Shown: positions 1 to 10,147 of the stretch, piece by piece
Position numbering within the stretch: the stretch's first letter is position 1
Layout: each line of letters begins with the position of its first letter
Source of the DNA: Gammaproteobacteria bacterium
GTDB taxonomy: Bacteria; Pseudomonadota; Gammaproteobacteria; Eutrophobiales; Eutrophobiaceae
Direction of reading: 5' to 3'
DNA length: 64,000 bases
NCBI GenBank assembly: GCA_965238225.1
Contig: OZ250183.1
Coordinates: 1,248,001 to 1,312,000, forward strand
Translations under genes and position numbers: made by a program
The notes under the pieces: model-generated
What the model saw: only the letters and a program-made list of their open reading frames with translations
The model's database searches: none
Told to the model about the DNA's origin: nothing

Positions 1-639
1 AAATTTTGTAATTTGCTCACGCGTTGAGGCTTGTTCTGCTGCGGTTTTTGTTAAGCGATTTTGCAATGTTTGTTGTTGTGACCAATATTGTCGCCACTGC
101 TGCCAAAGGAGTTTTCTATAAAGGCTATTATCGTTTTGCTCGTTTAATGTGATGTGTTCAAACTTCAAGGTTCGTTGTTCATTGTCAGGTTTAGACAATA
201 AATCAATAAACGCTTTGCTGACAGAAAGATTGCGCTGCATGGTATCAACTTCTACCGCCATGCGCGTTTGATCTGATGAGGTGAGCGTGTTATCTAGTTC
301 AATTAAAGCCTCACCTTGGGTAACGTATTGCCCCTCTTTAACCAGAATCTTTTTAACAACGGCCTTTTCTAAAGGCTGAATTTGTTTCACCCGAGAGCTT
401 GGAATAATTTTTCCTTCAGCAGAAGCCACAATATTCACTTCGCCAACACAGACCCAAATGGTACCTAAGACTAGCAGTATAATTAAACTCCAGTTAAGCC
501 AATGGGCCAGTGGGTGAGGTGGAGCGGCCTGAATTTCCAGCGCTGCTGGTAAAAAGGCGGCGAGCTCACGGGTTTGTTGGCTATCACCAAGTTTCTCTCG
601 GTGTTGCCAAGCGTCTTTAAATTTTGCAAAAAGACTCAT
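1..639 (-). CDS. HlyD-family type I secretion membrane-fusion protein (runs off window edge)
   Basis: Own translation from ATG at 639: MSLFAKFKDAWQH...ELAAFLPAALEIQAAPPHP...VGEVNIVASAEGKIIPSSRVKQIQPLEKAVVKKILVKEGQYV; ATGA overlap with upstream ABC transporter. Confidence 0.9.
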   Translation of the reverse strand, partial: MSLFAKFKDAWQHREKLGDSQQTRELAAFLPAALEIQAAPPHPLAHWLNWSLIILLVLGTIWVCVGEVNIVASAEGKIIPSSRVKQIQPLEKAVVKKILVKEGQYVTQGEALIELDNTLTSSDQTRMAVEVDTMQRNLSVSKAFIDLLSKPDNEQRTLKFEHITLNEQNDNSLYRKLLWQQWRQYWSQQQTLQNRLTKTAAEQASTREQITKF

Positions 640-2873
640 GAATCTTTATCTTTTGGCTTGGGCTGAATTGGTTTTGTATTAGCCGTTTCGACCGTATGTA
701 ATGGTGGTACATGGCTTTGATATCTATGTAGTTTGGCGTAATAACCATTGAATTTAATGAGTTGGTCGTGATTCCCTTGCTCGATAATGCGACCTTTATC
801 CATCACCACAATGCGATGGCATTGGCGTACTGCGCTTAGGCGATGGGCTATGATAAACACCGTTCTGCCTTTACAGATGATAGACATATTCTCTTGAATC
901 AAATGTTCGGATTCATAATCTAGGGCACTGGTGGCTTCATCAAAAATTAAAATGCTGGGATTGGTAATTAATGCGCGGGCAATAGCTAAGCGCTGGCGTT
1001 GCCCCCCGGAGAGATTACTGCCCTGTTCGCCTACTGTCGCATCATAACCTTCCTGTAAATCCGAAATAAACTCATGAGCACCCGACATTTTTGCAGCAGC
1101 AACCACGCGTTCCATAGGGATAGACGGATCAATGATAGCGATATTCTCTCTCACACTGCGGTTAAATAAAAAATTCTCTTGTAGAACGACACCAATTTGG
1201 TTACGCAGCCATGTAGTATCGATCATGGAGATATCTACGCCATCCATCAAGATTCTGCCAGATTCAACAACATAAAGCCGTTGAATTAATTTAGTAATAG
1301 TGCTTTTACCGGAACCAGAACGACCCACAATACCGATGACTTCGCCAGCGCGAATATTGAGGTGGATATCTTCTAAAATCACAGGGCCGTCTGGGCGGTA
1401 ACGGAAACGTACATGATCTAAAGTGACATTGCCTTGTAATGAAGGTAAGCGGGAACGATTAGGATTAAACCCGGGTTCCCGTGGCGTATTGAGAATATCC
1501 CCTAAACGTCTAATGGATATGCCCGCTTGCTGGAAGTCTTGCCAGAGTTGCACCAATTTCAAAACAGGTCCACTAACACGACCAGCCAACATATTAAACG
1601 CCACTAATTGACCCACAGAGATAGAGCCCTCAATCACTAAATGAACACCGATCCAGATAATGCCCAGTGTCATTAATTTATTAATCAGTCCCGCAATTTG
1701 GTTAGCAACGTTATTGAGGTTTTGGCTACGAAAAGAGGAATGCACATAACTGGATAAATAATCTTCCAACTTACGACGCATTTGTGGTTCGACTGCCATC
1801 GATTTAACCGTGCTGATGCCGGTGATAGACTCCGTTAAAAATGCAATGTTAGCAGCACCGTGTTGGAATTTTTCTTCAAGGCGTTTACGCAAGATTGGGG
1901 TAATAAAAACAGACAATAAAATATAAAAGGGAATGGTCGCCAATACGACCCATGTCAGTATCGGGCTGTAGTACCACATGACGGCCAAAAACACGAAGAC
2001 AAAAGATAAATCCAATATCAGCGTGAGTGCAGTTCCTGTAATAAAGTTACGGATGGTGTCCAGCTCGCGTACCCGTGCAACATTTTGCCCCACTTGGCGG
2101 GATTCAAAATAGGCCAAGGGTAAGGCCATTAAATGATTGTATAAGCGCGAGCCTAATTCCACGTCAACACGGTTCGTGGTATGGTTAAGGATGTAGTTGC
2201 GAATACCACCTAGCAAGGCTTCAAATATTACTACTACAAAAAATCCCACCGCCAATACATCTAAGGTAGTAAAACCGCGATGAACCAGAACTTTATCCAT
2301 TACCACCTGGAAAAATAAGGGGGTAGCCAAGGCAAACAGTTGCAGAAAAAATGAGGAGATTAAAACTTCACCAAAGAGTTTGCGGTATTTAACAAGTGAG
2401 GGAATAAACCAGGAGATATCAAAATGCTGTTGCAGGCTTTGACCTAAATGATGGCGGCGCGTGAGTGCAATTAATTTGCCCGTCCAAATACCGCTCAATT
2501 CATCAAGCGTGATGGCACGCGGGGCATCTTCCTGTAAATCATGAATAAGTGCAGTTTTCTGTGCAACTTGATTGTTAGAATCGCCCTTGTTTTCAGGAGG
2601 CTGCTGCTGATTCTCATTAACCGAGAGGCGTGCAATAATAAAGTAGTGACCATCATTGTGTTGTGCGATAGCAGGTAAGATACTGGTTTGAAGTGTATCG
2701 ACGGTCAATGAAAGAGATTTGGCTTTAAGCGTTAGCGCTTTAGCCGATTGTAATATTTCTGTTTCTGAAAAATCTTTTCCTGGCTCGCCGAACTCATGGG
2801 CAAGCTGATCTGGTTCCGCAGCAATTTGATAAAGACGCGCAATAGTGACAAGTGAATGTAATCCAGTATCCAT
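636..2873 (-). CDS. hlyB: Type I secretion ABC permease/ATPase, HlyB/CyaB family
   Basis: C39-like N-terminus (DTGL), TM domain, Walker A GRSGSGKS, LSGGQRQR, DEATSALD. Confidence 0.9.
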   Translation of the reverse strand: MDTGLHSLVTIARLYQIAAEPDQLAHEFGEPGKDFSETEILQSAKALTLKAKSLSLTVDTLQTSILPAIAQHNDGHYFIIARLSVNENQQQPPENKGDSNNQVAQKTALIHDLQEDAPRAITLDELSGIWTGKLIALTRRHHLGQSLQQHFDISWFIPSLVKYRKLFGEVLISSFFLQLFALATPLFFQVVMDKVLVHRGFTTLDVLAVGFFVVVIFEALLGGIRNYILNHTTNRVDVELGSRLYNHLMALPLAYFESRQVGQNVARVRELDTIRNFITGTALTLILDLSFVFVFLAVMWYYSPILTWVVLATIPFYILLSVFITPILRKRLEEKFQHGAANIAFLTESITGISTVKSMAVEPQMRRKLEDYLSSYVHSSFRSQNLNNVANQIAGLINKLMTLGIIWIGVHLVIEGSISVGQLVAFNMLAGRVSGPVLKLVQLWQDFQQAGISIRRLGDILNTPREPGFNPNRSRLPSLQGNVTLDHVRFRYRPDGPVILEDIHLNIRAGEVIGIVGRSGSGKSTITKLIQRLYVVESGRILMDGVDISMIDTTWLRNQIGVVLQENFLFNRSVRENIAIIDPSIPMERVVAAAKMSGAHEFISDLQEGYDATVGEQGSNLSGGQRQRLAIARALITNPSILIFDEATSALDYESEHLIQENMSIICKGRTVFIIAHRLSAVRQCHRIVVMDKGRIIEQGNHDQLIKFNGYYAKLHRYQSHVPPLHTVETANTKPIQPKPKDKDS

Positions 2874-3177
2874 GCCAGTGTTGTGACCCCCCTTTTTTTT
2901 AGAAAATTATCAGACAAAGATCAAAATTATTTGATCTCGAAATATTATATAATTATATTATATAATTATTTTAGCGTTATTATCGCAAAGATTTGGACGA
3001 TGCTACTTGATTAAAAATGTTATGCAATCACTGGTTTGCCATCAGTATCGGCAGTATATACCGAGCTAATATCTATTTTGCCCAATATCTAATTTCCTAA
3101 GCAATGATGGCAGAATAATAACAACAAACTAAACGATAAACCATATACAGCACGTAAAAAAACCTCATACATTAAAA

Positions 3178-3651
3178 ATGAAATTACACAATTTAATTAT
3201 CACGCTACTTTTCCGTACTCTGCTTGCCGTGGTCTTGTTTCCCATGCACTATGCTTTGGCAAGTGAAAATATTATTATCAATAATGCATGGCTTCGTGAA
3301 GCACCTCCAAGCATCAAGGTAATGGCAGGCTATTTGGATATTGAAAATAGGTCAGATGAAACTTTAACTCTTATCTTCGCAGAAAGCACTGAATTTGGAC
3401 ATATTGAATTTCATCTAAGTGAGATACAAGATGGCATAGCGAAGATGCAACAACAAAACGAAATTATGATTGCTGCAAATACTACTTTCATATTTTCGCC
3501 AAAAAATTACCACCTGATGTTATTTAATAATATTGTCCCTATGCGCGAAGGTCGTATCGTCCCGATTAAGCTTACATTTAGTAATGGTAAGACACATACT
3601 TTTAACGCCCCTATTAAACGTTCTATTGCTAAACGTTCTATTGCTAAATGA
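3178..3651 (+). CDS. Periplasmic copper chaperone PCu(A)C family
   Basis: Signal peptide, NAWLREAPP..MAGYL, H..M..HLML metal-binding pattern. Confidence 0.85.
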   Translation: MKLHNLIITLLFRTLLAVVLFPMHYALASENIIINNAWLREAPPSIKVMAGYLDIENRSDETLTLIFAESTEFGHIEFHLSEIQDGIAKMQQQNEIMIAANTTFIFSPKNYHLMLFNNIVPMREGRIVPIKLTFSNGKTHTFNAPIKRSIAKRSIAK

Positions 3652-3744
3652 TTTGTTATCACACAGTCTAATGTGACTGATATACATAAAACAACACGAA
3701 CATCGTCATTAATTTTCTATTCTAATTTTTAGTCCATAATATTT

Positions 3745-4647
3745 ATGAATAATAATAATCAAATAATAATATTCTTAGATAAGTTAATAGTTCTGCTACA
3801 ATATTTTATCCCGCAACATTTTTTGACAAGCCTTACGTATCGAATCGCTCGCTGCGAAATACCATGGTTTAAAAAAATCTTAATTAAATTATTTATTAAA
3901 ATCTTCGATGTTGATATGACATTGGCAAATAACCCGGATCCAGAATGCTATTTAAGCTTTAATGCTTTTTTTACCCGGCAACTTTCAAAAAAAGCAAGGC
4001 CAATGGTATTAAATAGTCACGCCGTCTTTAGTCCAGTGGATGGTTCTGTTAGTCAAATCGGTAATATTATTCAAGACGATAATACAAACAATAGCAAGGA
4101 CACCATCATACAAGCCAAAGGAAAGTCATACACTTTAAAAGATTTACTTGTAGAAGATGCGCTGGTTGCAATGTTTTCAGGTGGCACATTCGCTACACTC
4201 TATCTTTCGCCAAAAGACTATCACCGTATTCATATGCCGATAGCAGGACAACTCAAGCGAATGATTTATGTGCCGGGTAAGTTATTCGGCGTCGGCGCGC
4301 GCACCGTGTGTGTTGTCGATGCAGTATTTGCAAAAAATGAACGTATCATTAATATTTTTTATACCAGTATTGGTTCGATGGCAATAGTCATGGTTGGCGC
4401 TCTTAATGTCGGTAGCATGGAAACGGTTTGGGCGGGACAAGTTACTCCATCGCAAGATAGAATTATCAACGACACACAATATTCGCACAATGATATTCAA
4501 TTAAACCAAAGTCAAGAGATGGGCAGATTTAATATGGGTTCAACTGTTATCCTACTGTTTCCAAAAAATGTGATGCAATGGTCTGCTGAGATGATGGCAG
4601 AAAAGCCTGTAGTAATAGGACAGCCTATTGGCAGCATTACGGTATAA
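3745..4647 (+). CDS. psd: Phosphatidylserine decarboxylase proenzyme
   Basis: FNAFFTR, SPVDG, YLSPKDYHRIHMP, GRFNMGST self-cleavage motif. Confidence 0.93.
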   Translation: MNNNNQIIIFLDKLIVLLQYFIPQHFLTSLTYRIARCEIPWFKKILIKLFIKIFDVDMTLANNPDPECYLSFNAFFTRQLSKKARPMVLNSHAVFSPVDGSVSQIGNIIQDDNTNNSKDTIIQAKGKSYTLKDLLVEDALVAMFSGGTFATLYLSPKDYHRIHMPIAGQLKRMIYVPGKLFGVGARTVCVVDAVFAKNERIINIFYTSIGSMAIVMVGALNVGSMETVWAGQVTPSQDRIINDTQYSHNDIQLNQSQEMGRFNMGSTVILLFPKNVMQWSAEMMAEKPVVIGQPIGSITV

Positions 4648-4762
4648 CAGCATTAGAAATTTTTCTCATAAGTTATCTCCTGTGTGTATAATGCTTGAAT
4701 TCACCGATCAGACAATGCGCAATGCCTTGCTGCTTTTGCAAGGTGCGTAGCGTTGGCAAACT

Positions 4763-5203
4763 TTGATTATCACTTATATAGCTATAATTGGATTAAAACA
4801 AAGAGGTGGAAAAATTAAAGCAGAACCTATAAAAGATACTTCCTTAAGCACCACTCATAAGGTAATCTTAGATAACGTGAAGATAGGCAGTCAGTTATAC
4901 ACAGATGATGCAAGACACTGGACTAAAGGCGTACATGGTTACCAACATCAGAGCGTTAATCATTCAGCTAAAGAGTATGTAAATGGTATGGCGCATACCA
5001 ACGGCATAGAGTCTTTTTGGGCACTTCTCAAACGTGGCTTTTACGGCACTCACCATCACATGAGTAACAAACACATTGGACGTTATGTCTCTGAGTTTGC
5101 AGGCAGGAAAAATGACAGAAAAACTGACACCATTTGCCAGATGCAAACCATCGCAGGAAGCATGATTGGTGCTCAGCTAAGGTATAAAGACTTGGTTGCG
5201 TAA
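4763..5203 (+). pseudogene. IS1595 (ISXO2-like DDE) transposase, C-terminal fragment
   Basis: YTDD, HQSVNHS.KEYV.G.AHTNGIESFWALLKRGFYGTHHHMSNKH..RYVSEF; no Zn-ribbon N-terminus. Confidence 0.85.
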
Positions 5204-5215
5204 AGGGGAAAACTT

Positions 5216-5689
5216 ATGAATACTCACTCAGCAATTTCAGTAGCTAGGTATATTATCCATGGCTCAAAAGAGCAAGATCGTTATGTAACACCTATGCAGT
5301 TAATAAAATTAGTTTATTTATGCCATGGCTGGATGCTTGGACTTCACAGTCGTCCGTTAATTTCTGATCCTATAGAGGCGTGGCAATATGGCCCAGTCAT
5401 TCCGTCTTTATACGCTGTTGTGAAAGAATTTAAAGATAATATTATTGTAGAGGGTTTGCCAAATGTAACTGAACCAGAATTTGATGATTCAGAGAAAGAT
5501 TTAATGGATCAGGTAATAGAAGTGTACAAGAATCACAGTGGTATTTCTCTTTCAACCTTGACACATAAAAAAGACACGCCTTGGGATAAAGTGTGGACTC
5601 GTTATGGTAAATATACAAATGGGGTTATACCAAATGATTTAATCTCAGACCATTTTAAAGCATTATATGAGCAAAGCAGAGATCAATAA
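5216..5689 (+). CDS. Panacea (DUF4065/SocA/GepA-like) antitoxin domain protein
   Basis: TPMQLIKLVYLCHGW, IEAWQYGPVIPSLY, LSTLTH...PW motifs. Confidence 0.85.
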   Translation: MNTHSAISVARYIIHGSKEQDRYVTPMQLIKLVYLCHGWMLGLHSRPLISDPIEAWQYGPVIPSLYAVVKEFKDNIIVEGLPNVTEPEFDDSEKDLMDQVIEVYKNHSGISLSTLTHKKDTPWDKVWTRYGKYTNGVIPNDLISDHFKALYEQSRDQ

Positions 5690-6135
5690 TGGATGGAAAG
5701 AGAGTACCTCAAAATTTATATCCTAGCAGTGAAGATGAAGGTAGTGAAGATGAAGTTGCAGTCAAAGAAAACTTAGCGTTTAAAAGAGTACCTCAAAATT
5801 TATATCCTAGTAGTGAAGATGAAGGTAGTGAAGATGAAGTTGCAGTCAAAGAAAACTTAGCGTTTAAAAAAGAGGATCTTTCTAAAAAGGCTATAGAAAA
5901 AGATTTTTACAGGAAAGAATTTGTAAAAGATAAATTATTGCACGTGATAATAACTATACTTAGTGCTTTCGCAATAATTGTAATGTTAGGGCTGATTATA
6001 TGGGCATATCATTTGCTGGTGCCAATACCTTGGCACTGGTTATCTGAAAACCAAATTTTTGAAATACAAAAAATAATGTCTGGCGGATTACTTGCTATGG
6101 TCTTTGGCGAAGCGGTAAGAAAATACTTAAAATAA
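5689..6135 (+). CDS. Small membrane protein coupled to the Panacea gene (putative partner toxin)
   Basis: TAATG overlap; acidic duplicated N-terminus, TM helix, WHWLS..QI..IQ segment, second hydrophobic helix. Confidence 0.55.
   Translation: MDGKRVPQNLYPSSEDEGSEDEVAVKENLAFKRVPQNLYPSSEDEGSEDEVAVKENLAFKKEDLSKKAIEKDFYRKEFVKDKLLHVIITILSAFAIIVMLGLIIWAYHLLVPIPWHWLSENQIFEIQKIMSGGLLAMVFGEAVRKYLK
5701..5868 (+). repeat. 84-bp in-frame tandem duplication (one mismatch)
   Basis: Copies 5701-5784 and 5785-5868 both encode RVPQNLYPSSEDEGSEDEVAVKENLAFK. Confidence 0.95.
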
Positions 6136-6149
6136 AGAGTACGATAAAA

Positions 6150-6308
6150 ATGACCAAAAAAACCAACAAAGGCAGACCGCCTAAAAACATCATTCCATCT
6201 ATACCAGCAACGCCAGAAGAAGTGGCAAAGACTATTACGCAAACCCCACCAAAAAAGAATTGGCGTTATTTAAAAGAATCTAAGTGGGAGTTTGGACGGG
6301 CTAGTTAA
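6150..6308 (+). CDS. 52-aa basic/Pro-rich small ORF near the IS right end
   Basis: Own translation MTKKTNKGRPPKNIIPSIPATPEEVAKTITQTPPKKNWRYLKESKWEFGRAS; below ORF-track cutoff. Confidence 0.5.
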   Translation: MTKKTNKGRPPKNIIPSIPATPEEVAKTITQTPPKKNWRYLKESKWEFGRAS

Positions 6309-6337
6309 GAGGACGGGTAAGATTGTATATAATTCCC

Positions 6338-6806
6338 ATAAAAAAGTATTTTTAAAGTTATCAGGGTGTTGTCCTTCGCCATAATCATAAACCATCAAAT
6401 CTGGCTTATCTTCATTTCCTGTGGCAATTATTTGGATATTATCTCTTGCCATTTTAGTACGCGCACCACTTGGTAATTCACCAATATCACCTTTGGGAAT
6501 ATCAAAAAACTTCTCTGTTGCTTGTTCCATTGTTTTTGGCGCATCTTTTGATTTTGGATCAATGCCTTTTTGTCTGCATTGTTTTAGCAATAGAGCATCG
6601 ATTGAATTAGTAATTTTTTCAACTAAAGCGGCTCCAGAATGGGCTTGTTGATTCTCAAAAGTGCTGAAATTAGACCTATCGTCTTTATCTCTCCCTCCAT
6701 ACGGATACCAATTATTGGGATTTCTTAAACATTCATTTTCAATAATCAATTCATGCAAGTCACCTTCTCCATTGCAGTGAAATATTTGCCAAAATAATTT
6801 TTCCAT
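6338..6806 (-). pseudogene. N-terminal fragment of a GHKL/HATPase-like protein truncated by the IS
   Basis: ALVEKITNSIDA (ExxxNxxDA box) and VYDYGEGQ (DxGxG box); after KNTFL the frame reads into the putative IS end. Confidence 0.65.
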
Positions 6807-6893
6807 GTCTTCGCCCCCCCCCTTATAATTATATTGAACTTCTAATATTGAATTTATAATGTAAAATTTGGTTCGTCTCTCAATCTTACCTGC

Positions 6894-8540
6894 TTAACCC
6901 AAAGTCTTTGTCTTTACTCTTGGCACTGCCGCCAATAACTTTTGTGTGTAAGGGTCTTGTGGATTACTCAGCACTGTATCAACTGTGCCCTGCTCTACAA
7001 TTTTACCCTGATACATAACCGCAACATAATGCGCCATATATTCAACGATACTTATATCATGAGTAATAAATAAATAGGCTAGACTCGTGTTTTTTTGCAA
7101 GTCTTTCAGAAGTCTAAGAATCTGTGCCTGCACAGAGACATCCAATGCGCTTGTGATCTCATCACAAACAATTAATTTTGGTTCGACAGCCAACGCCCTA
7201 GCGATACATATTCTCTGCCGCTGCCCACCGGAGAACTCGTGAGGGTAACGATTTTTATGGACAGGCTCAAGACCCACATGCTCAAGTAATTCATCGATAC
7301 GCTGCATACGCTTTTGCTTTGAGCCACCTATTTTCTGAGCAATCATTCCTTCGGCAATAATATCCGCTATCATCATGCGTGGATTCATTGATGAATAGGG
7401 ATCCTGAAATATAATTTGTATGTCAGATCTTTTTTGCCCTAATGCGTTATCTTTTAATTGCGTAAGTGCCTCGCCATCAAAAATTACACTGCCATGAGAT
7501 GCGTGTATTAATTTCAAAATACCCTTGCCAAAGGTAGTTTTTCCTGAACCAGACTCACCCACTATGGCAAATGTCTGTCCGCTATATATATCAATAGACA
7601 CGCCATCTACCGCGCGCACAAAGCCAATCGTTTTTTGCAAAAGTCCTTTTTTTATTGGGAAATGTACTTTCAAATCACGCACTTTTAGCAAAGCATGGGC
7701 ATTATTATTATCTGTAATATTGTATGCGGATTTTGATTGGGCATCTCTTGTAAGTTTGCAAGGCTGCGCATCGAACAATGCTTTGGAATACGGATGCCTT
7801 GGGTTTGCATAAAATGAATCTCTACAATTCTGCTCAACGAGCTTGCCATAACGCATCACGGCGACATCATCTGCCATCTCAGATGCCACCGCCAAATCAT
7901 GCGTGATAAACAAAATAGCCATACCGGTATCTTTTTGTATTTGTCGCAAAAGATCCAGAATTTGCGCCTGTATGGTGACATCCAAGGCAGTTGTTGGCTC
8001 ATCAGCAAGCAATAGATCAGGCTCGCCTGCCAATGCAATGGCAATCATTATTCTTTGTTTCATGCCGCCTGAAAACTGATGTGGATATTCATCAATACGT
8101 CTTTCGGCTTCTGGAATGCCTACAGATTCAAGCAATTCAAGGGATCGCATGCGTTGTTTACGTCCGTATATATTTTTATGTTGCTTTAATGTCTCGCTGA
8201 TTTGCTGGCCTGCGGTGAGCACAGGATTAAGTGATGTTTGTGGTTCTTGAAATATCATAGCGATGCGTCTGCCACGAATATCCCGCATTGCGAACTCTGG
8301 CAAAACAAGCAGATCTTTACCGTCGAGAAGGATTTCGCCGCGCTTGATACGTGCCGCAGCAGGCAATAAACGCATAATCGACAAAGCGGTGATTGATTTA
8401 CCGCTGCCTGATTCGCCGAGCAACGCAAATGTTTGTCCATGATTGATTGTAAAACTTATATTATCAACAGCAAATTCAATGTGCTTATCTTGAACAAACG
8501 AAGTTTGTAGATTGGCTACTTTAAGCAAAGGCGAATTCAT
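6894..8540 (-). CDS. Peptide ABC transporter ATP-binding protein with duplicated NBD
   Basis: Two GESGSGK motifs, two YPH.FSGG motifs. Confidence 0.92.
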   Translation of the reverse strand: MNSPLLKVANLQTSFVQDKHIEFAVDNISFTINHGQTFALLGESGSGKSITALSIMRLLPAAARIKRGEILLDGKDLLVLPEFAMRDIRGRRIAMIFQEPQTSLNPVLTAGQQISETLKQHKNIYGRKQRMRSLELLESVGIPEAERRIDEYPHQFSGGMKQRIMIAIALAGEPDLLLADEPTTALDVTIQAQILDLLRQIQKDTGMAILFITHDLAVASEMADDVAVMRYGKLVEQNCRDSFYANPRHPYSKALFDAQPCKLTRDAQSKSAYNITDNNNAHALLKVRDLKVHFPIKKGLLQKTIGFVRAVDGVSIDIYSGQTFAIVGESGSGKTTFGKGILKLIHASHGSVIFDGEALTQLKDNALGQKRSDIQIIFQDPYSSMNPRMMIADIIAEGMIAQKIGGSKQKRMQRIDELLEHVGLEPVHKNRYPHEFSGGQRQRICIARALAVEPKLIVCDEITSALDVSVQAQILRLLKDLQKNTSLAYLFITHDISIVEYMAHYVAVMYQGKIVEQGTVDTVLSNPQDPYTQKLLAAVPRVKTKTLG

Positions 8541-8731
8541 AGCTTAATATTATACGATTGACAGTGTTGCATCCTGCAGCATGATGTCTACACAAGGCAT
8601 TGTGTGCTGGAGAAAATCTATCACCTTTGGGCGGCTACAACAAAGAAAGCACACAGCGCTTTGTATACAGACAAAATGGTGCGGTTTAATCCAAATAAAA
8701 CAGGCGGAGTTTTTTGCAATCATTGATTTTT

Positions 8732-10147
8732 TTAAGATCCACGTATCCTCGGGTCAAAGGCATCACGAAGCGCATCAGAAAACAAATTAGCAGCCAACAC
8801 CAAAACAAACATAAACACGAAGGCGGAGGCCAGTGACCACCATACAACAGGCTCCCGTGCCATTTCTAAACGCGCACTATTAATCATATTGCCCCAACTA
8901 TGCATACTAGGGTCGACACCAATATTAATATAAGACAATACAGCCTCAGCTAAAACTAGGCCGCTAAAATCCAATGCGATTGAAATCATCACAATATGCA
9001 TTACATTCGGCAATAAATGCCGAGTTATGATAGTGAAATGCCCCACACCAAAGGCCTTAGCAGCCTGCACATAATCAAATTCTCGAATTTTCATGGTCTC
9101 ACCTCTTAACATTCGGCAAAGCCCTGTCCAACTCGTTACTCCTAAAATAATACAAAGAAATAATAAACGCATATCTGCCCGCTGTTCTACACTTACAAAA
9201 TCATCCGCATGGTTTGCCATGTAGATTTGCAACATCAAAATCGCTGCTGCAATCAATAAAACACCGGGGATAGAACTGATCGTGGTGTAGAGATACTGAA
9301 TCACATCATCTATCCAACCACGAAAATATCCAGCCATTAAGCCCATTAATATAGCAAAAGGTAACATCACTAATGTTGTTAGTGTGCCAATAACAAGACC
9401 GGTTCTAATGCTCTTTAGCGCTTGATAAAAAACATCTTGTCCGATTTTGTCCGTTCCAAGAATATAATAATAGCCAGAAAGCGTTAGTGAGACGCTCAAG
9501 ACAACGAGCACAATACCCAAGGTAAGATAAATAACTTTCCAAGGGATATCGCTGTGCGAAAAAATGCCATGAAAGACATTCTTAAATGAGTTTTTTTGCC
9601 AACACTTCACAATGAAAATAATAACCCCTGAAATAAAACACCAAAAAACCAAACCATAAAACAATCCCGTCAGTGATTTCAGTAAAATATCCATTGTTTT
9701 TTCTTGTTCGGGAAAGCGCAAATGTGCCCCGCCGTACTGCAAGCGAGGAAATTCACGTATTGTCGAACTGTCTGCAAGCTCGGTGGTTTCTTTAGAATAA
9801 GCATATGCTGCAAACGGTGCGGAATAGGTTTTTTCATTCTGTGTCCGCAAATGAATTAGCACAACATCAAGTACGCTGGATACTTCTGTTGAATAAATTA
9901 TCTGTTTTGAACCTTGCGCCTGCTTGTCATCTGCGCTCTCAAGTCGCGGGTAAAAATGAATTGAATCAATCAAACCAATCAGAATATAAAAAAACAAAAT
10001 GACTGCTGATGCCATAGCCATTGGATTTCTTGCCACTATTTTCCATGGTGCTTGAAGATATTCATGGCAACGCGCGTACCAGATAAAACCAAATACCATT
10101 GTCAGTAATAAGAATACAAGTGCATCTGTAATAAATAATACGGGCAT
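8732..10147 (-). CDS. Peptide ABC transporter permease (OppC/DppC-like)
   Basis: LGTDKIGQDV, EAA loop DYVQAAKAFG, HLLPN. Confidence 0.9.
   Translation of the reverse strand: MPVLFITDALVFLLLTMVFGFIWYARCHEYLQAPWKIVARNPMAMASAVILFFYILIGLIDSIHFYPRLESADDKQAQGSKQIIYSTEVSSVLDVVLIHLRTQNEKTYSAPFAAYAYSKETTELADSSTIREFPRLQYGGAHLRFPEQEKTMDILLKSLTGLFYGLVFWCFISGVIIFIVKCWQKNSFKNVFHGIFSHSDIPWKVIYLTLGIVLVVLSVSLTLSGYYYILGTDKIGQDVFYQALKSIRTGLVIGTLTTLVMLPFAILMGLMAGYFRGWIDDVIQYLYTTISSIPGVLLIAAAILMLQIYMANHADDFVSVEQRADMRLLFLCIILGVTSWTGLCRMLRGETMKIREFDYVQAAKAFGVGHFTIITRHLLPNVMHIVMISIALDFSGLVLAEAVLSYINIGVDPSMHSWGNMINSARLEMAREPVVWWSLASAFVFMFVLVLAANLFSDALRDAFDPRIRGS

Larger units (their letters stand above)
4763..6337 (+). 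mobile_element. 5'-truncated IS1595-family element with passenger genes; probable right end at 6337
   Basis: Transposase motifs; the gene entering from the right loses its apparent sequence at GGGAATTATATACAATC (minus strand, 6337-6321), which resembles IS1595 ends; left end not found. Confidence 0.65.

Noticed and set aside
4685-4760. Imperfect hairpin (CCTTGC/GCAAGG) left of the transposase resembling an integron attC site
   Set aside because: No proper RYYYAAC/GTTRRRY boxes, no second copy and no integrase in the window
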